Position numbers and translations under genes: made by a program. The notes under the pieces are model-generated. The model did not search any database. It was not told the DNA's origin and saw only the letters and a program-made list of their open reading frames with translations. From an uncultured archaeon (GTDB lineage Archaea > Hadarchaeota > Hadarchaeia > Hadarchaeales > Hadarchaeaceae), in contig CAKZTQ010000034.1 in the NCBI GenBank assembly GCA_937921735.1, positions 1 to 11,152 on the forward strand: a stretch of 11,152 nt of DNA. Reading direction: 5' to 3'. Shown one piece after another: positions 7,633 to 11,152 of this stretch (positions are counted from its first letter, which is position 1; each line of letters starts with the position of its first letter).

Positions 7633-10224
7633 TTAGACGGCTTTTCTGCGTTCGAGGTAGAGGCCCATGGCTGAGAGGGCTGCTGCGACGAGCGATAACG
7701 CGACCACCGCATACATCAGCGTGTTCATGGATGAGACCGATTGCGCGGCCCATTCGGAGGCGCTCCTAGCATCAATCACCAGAGCCTTCACTTCACCTAA
7801 GCCCGGCACCAGGACGGTTGCGACATTCTCGCGGATCGCCGTTATCTTGCCCCCCAGATCCTCAAGCTTTGCGCTCACAGGGCCTAGAAGCGTCCGCATC
7901 TGAACTGTGATCGCGCCCTCAGAATCAATTATGAGCTGCGTAACGTTCGCTCCAAGGGCGGCGAGGTCTGCCTTCAGCTCGCCGACGGTCGAGCGGACGG
8001 TTGCAAGACCATTGTGAACGGACGTCACGGCGGCGTTCAAAGCATCAAGCCTTGCGATCATTTCCGCCTCCCTAGCTCCGATCACGGCCACAATATTGCC
8101 TTCAACGCTGGCGGTAAGCCTGACTATCGTCGCGTTCACTCCCTCAAGGAAGGCCCTCAGGTCGTCAAGTTTTGCGGACACCTTGCCCATGGTTGTATTG
8201 AGCTTCACAACGTTGTCCCTAACGTTCAATATCGCGACGTTCAAGGCGTCAAGCTTGACTGGGATGGTCCCAATCGTGGTGTTCAGTTGAACCGCCACGT
8301 TCCCGATTTTCACCATGCTTGCGTTCAAAGCGTCAATTTTAGCCGTGATCATGCCGACGCTAGTCCTGATCGCCGCCACGCCGTTTTCAACCGCTACGAT
8401 CGTCCCGTTCAGCTTCAAGATCGCGTTTTTGATAGTTGCCATATCGGAGGTCATCGTTCCAAGGGACGTTGAGATTTTCACGACGTTGTCGCGCACGGCC
8501 GTTATCTGCGCGTCGAGCATGCTCAGTTTAACGCTCACATTGCCGAGGACTGTGTCGATTCTGGCGAAGCCGTCAAGCGTTATGCCGGCGAGGTTTCCCT
8601 CCAGCTGATCCAGCCTGGCCATGACATAGTTTTGGTTCGCCTCCACGAGCAGGTAGAGTTGATCTTGCTTGTAGACTACGCTGGATATTTTAACGTCTAT
8701 TTCGTCCAGTCTCTGAATTATGTAGCTGAGGTCCGATCTGGGGATCACGTAGAAGACGCCTGAAGCGCTGAGCTGGGCGCCCGGGTAGAGCTGCAGGCGA
8801 TAGGTTGCGTTCCAAGTCCAGGTGCCGGCGGGTGCGCCCCCGGGGATGATGTGTGAAAAAGTTGCCTTATCGTACGGGGCCACCCAACAACCGTCGACTT
8901 GGGCGAGGTCGCCGACATCTATGGCAACTCCCCCGAACGGCACCTTGTTCGGATCCAGTACCCTGATCGATATGGGTGCCGCGTCGTCGAAGGGCGTTGT
9001 GCTGTTCACTCTGAAGCATACGGCATCCCCGGGAACATAGAGGTTTGCGTAGGGCCTGATCTCCACGGTGTGCACGGTGATTGAGGCGCTGGCTGAAATG
9101 TCGAAGGGATCCTGGATCGCTGTGATCGCATGTTCCCCGGCGGATGCGTCGCTCGGAACCCTGAACTCCGTCACGAAGCTGCCGTCAGCCTCCGTCACAG
9201 CCTCAGCCACTTTGACGTTTTCGAAGTAAACCTCGACAAGCTCGGTCGGCCCGGCGAAGTTCTCGCCTAGAACCACCGCGCTGTGGCCGGGCAAGCACTC
9301 GCCTGGATTCGCAGCGTCCGACACGACCACAACTATTGGCGGCGGCAGAACCCTGAATGAAATGGACGCCATCCTCGCGCGCCCGGCAGAGTTGAGCGCC
9401 ACAAACTCGTAGTCGCCGGGCGAAACGCTTGGGACCCTCACGTTGACCGAGAACTGGCCGAACTGGTCGGTTTCAGCGGTTGCGACGTCGACGCTCCACG
9501 TGGAGTTGGCGAACGCTATTATGATGGTTTCGTTCACGGCGACCTCTCCGAAGACGTTAACTATGGCGCCGGAGGGCGCGAACAGGGGCTGGACGAACAA
9601 ACCCTCATAGTTGATGTTGAGCGGCGCCTCAGCCTGCAGCGCGCCGTTCCAGTAGGCCCTAACCCCATAGTTCCCCGCGGGCTTTAGCGGAGCCCTGAAG
9701 CGGCACGAGAACTCGCCGGTAACGGGGTCGGTCGTCGCCTGGGCAACCGTCTCCTCCCCATCGCCTGGATCGTAGAACCTGATGTCCACGGTCTCGCCGT
9801 TGATCAGCCTGCCGCTGACGGTTACAACCGCGCCGCCCATGGCGGTTGCGGGCTCCACGGAGATTTCAGGGGTGACCGTGAATATGGCGTAGCCTGTGGC
9901 GTGATTCTTCTCGTCCTCAACTATTACGTAGTACTGTCCTGCTGCGGCTGGCGGAACGGTTATGTTGGCCACGTAGTCGAAGCCCTCAGCGTAGCCGCTC
10001 ATTAGGAAGCCGTAGCGCCCGTCCCAGTCCCTAATGTACTGCCAGAAAACCTTGAACTCCGCGCCCGGGTTCTCAAGCTGTCCACTGACCGTCACGGTCG
10101 CGCCGATGGGGCCGCTGCTTTGCGAGAGGTTCACTGTAACGCCTGGGCTGGCGACTGAGATGCGCGGGATGAAAAGCAACATCAGGAGAGCTGCGAGGGC
10201 CAGAGACCTTTTTCTATTGCTCAT
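7633..10224 (-). CDS. Secreted, C-terminally membrane-anchored surface glycoprotein: tandem IPT/TIG-like Ig domains plus long coiled-coil stalk (SlaB-like architecture)
   Basis: Sec signal MSNRKRSLALAALLMLLFIPRISVA. About 4-5 modules of ~90-100 aa (G-x-x-V-x-V-x-G...T(D/E)-x-x-G-x-F...VP...G-x-Y-x-V-x-A). About aa 500-835 is heptad-like with a ~28/35-aa repeat. TM LMYAVVALSLVAAALSAMGLYL followed by ERRK. Many N-x-S/T sequons. Confidence 0.85.
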   Translation of the reverse strand: MSNRKRSLALAALLMLLFIPRISVASPGVTVNLSQSSGPIGATVTVSGQLENPGAEFKVFWQYIRDWDGRYGFLMSGYAEGFDYVANITVPPAAAGQYYVIVEDEKNHATGYAIFTVTPEISVEPATAMGGAVVTVSGRLINGETVDIRFYDPGDGEETVAQATTDPVTGEFSCRFRAPLKPAGNYGVRAYWNGALQAEAPLNINYEGLFVQPLFAPSGAIVNVFGEVAVNETIIIAFANSTWSVDVATAETDQFGQFSVNVRVPSVSPGDYEFVALNSAGRARMASISFRVLPPPIVVVVSDAANPGECLPGHSAVVLGENFAGPTELVEVYFENVKVAEAVTEADGSFVTEFRVPSDASAGEHAITAIQDPFDISASASITVHTVEIRPYANLYVPGDAVCFRVNSTTPFDDAAPISIRVLDPNKVPFGGVAIDVGDLAQVDGCWVAPYDKATFSHIIPGGAPAGTWTWNATYRLQLYPGAQLSASGVFYVIPRSDLSYIIQRLDEIDVKISSVVYKQDQLYLLVEANQNYVMARLDQLEGNLAGITLDGFARIDTVLGNVSVKLSMLDAQITAVRDNVVKISTSLGTMTSDMATIKNAILKLNGTIVAVENGVAAIRTSVGMITAKIDALNASMVKIGNVAVQLNTTIGTIPVKLDALNVAILNVRDNVVKLNTTMGKVSAKLDDLRAFLEGVNATIVRLTASVEGNIVAVIGAREAEMIARLDALNAAVTSVHNGLATVRSTVGELKADLAALGANVTQLIIDSEGAITVQMRTLLGPVSAKLEDLGGKITAIRENVATVLVPGLGEVKALVIDARSASEWAAQSVSSMNTLMYAVVALSLVAAALSAMGLYLERRKAV

Positions 10225-10255
10225 TTAGACACCAGAAAAGCTCAGCGCGAGAACA

Positions 10256-10277
10256 TTTAAATCGAGGCATCATGGCG
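10256..10277 (-). promoter_or_regulatory. TATA box (TTTAAA 10256-10261) with upstream CGCCATGA motif for the stalk-protein gene
   Basis: TTTAAA lies about 31 nt upstream of ATG 10224. A GGTG SD-like element sits just before the start. Confidence 0.65.
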
Positions 10278-10430
10278 GCTCGGGTCACATAGGTGGAGGG
10301 GTTTAGAAACTGCCTCCATCCAGCGTGAAGTTCATTAACTGCGCTGTTTTCGACATCTTGACGTCTGGAGAGGGGGCTCCTCAAGCCCAAGGAGGTTGCC
10401 GAGCCCTAAGAGTCCGCAGAGTGTCAACGG

Positions 10431-10865
10431 TCAAAGTCCGGTTGCAACTGGGAACACGTTGCCGCGTTCGGTTTGAAGCCCTATGAACGCGCAGCTTCCG
10501 TTGCAGGGGATGGCGATTTCAGCCTCTTCGAGCACGACCAGTTGCCTGTCAGGCTCGATATCCACGACGGTTAAGGACCCGTCGGGCTGCGTCAGCCAAG
10601 CCTGCGTGACCTTGACCGTGATCAACCCCGTGTTCTTAACCTTCACCCTGATGGTTCCGGACTCGGAGTCGATTCGCTCAGCATCGATCTTTTCCCTCGC
10701 GGCCTCGCTCAGATGCCCAATCGGTTTAGCCCCCTCCACAATATTCTGCATTTGGAGGGTTGAGACGTACAGCAGCGCCGAGGCGAACGTTCCAAGAAGC
10801 AAAACGACCATTAGGATGGTGACCGCCGAGCTGACCGCAAACCTGCTCCTGAACATTTTCCCCAT
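10431..10865 (-). CDS. Small pilin-like protein (probable minor pilin); start likely ATG 10865 (alternatives 10874 or 10856), not GTG 10964
   Basis: MGKMFRSRFA/VSSAVTILMVVLLLGTFASALLYV resembles a class III signal. It also has AREKI...IRVKVKNTGLITVKVTQAW and a terminal LQTERGNVF motif, as seen in archaeal pilin/ArlF-G-like proteins. A TATA box at 10897-10903 lies inside the longer predicted ORF. Confidence 0.75.
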   Translation of the reverse strand: MGKMFRSRFAVSSAVTILMVVLLLGTFASALLYVSTLQMQNIVEGAKPIGHLSEAAREKIDAERIDSESGTIRVKVKNTGLITVKVTQAWLTQPDGSLTVVDIEPDRQLVVLEEAEIAIPCNGSCAFIGLQTERGNVFPVATGL

Positions 10866-10896
10866 CCGGATCACTAAAAAGCGAGGGGGCACATGC

Positions 10897-10903
10897 TTTA
10901 AAA
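10897..10903 (-). promoter_or_regulatory. TATA box for the small pilin-like gene
   Basis: The minus strand reads TTTTAAA about 31 nt upstream of ATG 10865, the same spacing as at 3818 and 10256. Confidence 0.6.
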
Positions 10904-10992
10904 TGTCCGTGACGGAAAGGCTCTCCCGCCCCGGGGACCGCCACGCAACGGTTATTTCCAGCACTTCGCCGCAGAGCTCCCCGAACCTGACG

Positions 10993-11149
10993 GCGAATAT
11001 CCTGTCTGATCGGGGTTCTGAACTAAGTATGGATATGTATGGAGCCCATGCTTAGCTCTTGGGCTTCATCGCCCTTTGCCTCCTCTGGGTTCATCGGAGG
11101 CTTCATCAAGCTTAGCTCCTTTCGGGGGGAACCCGTACCTCCCCACATC
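10993..11149 (-). ncRNA. Second TnpB omegaRNA; scaffold about 11149-11013, guide from about 11012 downward
   Basis: The minus strand reads GATGTGGGGAGGTACGGGTTCCCCCCGAAAGG...GCCTCC-GATGAA..-GGAGGC...CTAAGCATGG..CCATACTTAG-TTCAGAACCC. It is collinear with the scaffold at 398-495 and shows compensatory changes. Confidence 0.7.
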
Positions 11150-11151
11150 CT
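11023..11151 (-). CDS. tnpB: Probable C-terminal tail of a second tnpB entering from beyond the window
   Basis: Open frame RMWGGTGSPRKELSLMKPPMNPEEAKGDEAQELSMGSIHIHT*, comparable to the tail QMHVPSSTVQGEGPPMK of the first TnpB, and overlapping the omegaRNA-like structure. No catalytic motif is inside the window, so this could be a non-autonomous remnant. Confidence 0.5.
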   Translation of the reverse strand, partial: RMWGGTGSPRKELSLMKPPMNPEEAKGDEAQELSMGSIHIHT

Positions 11152-11152
11152 A

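Noticed and set aside
10866-11012. N-terminal extension of the small pilin, or a remnant of a gene interrupted by the second element
   Set aside because: The frame is open, but it contains the TATA box at the spacing used by neighbouring genes and has no recognisable protein signature.
869-11055. Plus-strand ORFs such as 869-1390, 3732-4169, 5027-5587, 6011-6466, 8014-8472 and 10483-11055
   Set aside because: They are antisense shadows of well-supported minus-strand genes in GC-rich DNA and have no recognisable motifs.
1-11152. Composite transposon mobilising the pilus locus
   Set aside because: Both elements present their right ends inward in opposite orientation, which is not the left-end-to-right-end arrangement needed to carry the interval as cargo. 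No transposase is visible.

Overview
This is archaeal DNA: it has TTTAAA TATA boxes about 30 nt before start codons, class III prepilin signal peptides and AGG/AGA/ATA codon usage. Its style suggests Bathyarchaeia or other Thermoproteota, but that is inference. The core is a minus-strand type IV pilus / cell-surface locus of five genes: a small pilin-like gene, an 863-aa secreted Ig-repeat plus coiled-coil-stalk protein with a C-terminal membrane anchor (SlaB-like architecture), a PilB/ArlI-family ATPase, a translationally coupled PilC/TadC/ArlJ-type platform protein, and a 1008-aa giant pilin. The giant pilin runs pilin domain, Gly linker, three Ig-like modules, a middle domain, then an Asp-box beta-propeller, and is a candidate tip adhesin. 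Two convergent TnpB elements bracket the locus. On the left is a 5'-truncated tnpB with its overlapping omegaRNA. On the right, missed by the ORF track, is the probable 3' tail and omegaRNA of a second, diverged tnpB. The two RNA scaffolds show compensatory base changes in their stems and pseudoknot, which suggests where the element ends and guides lie.
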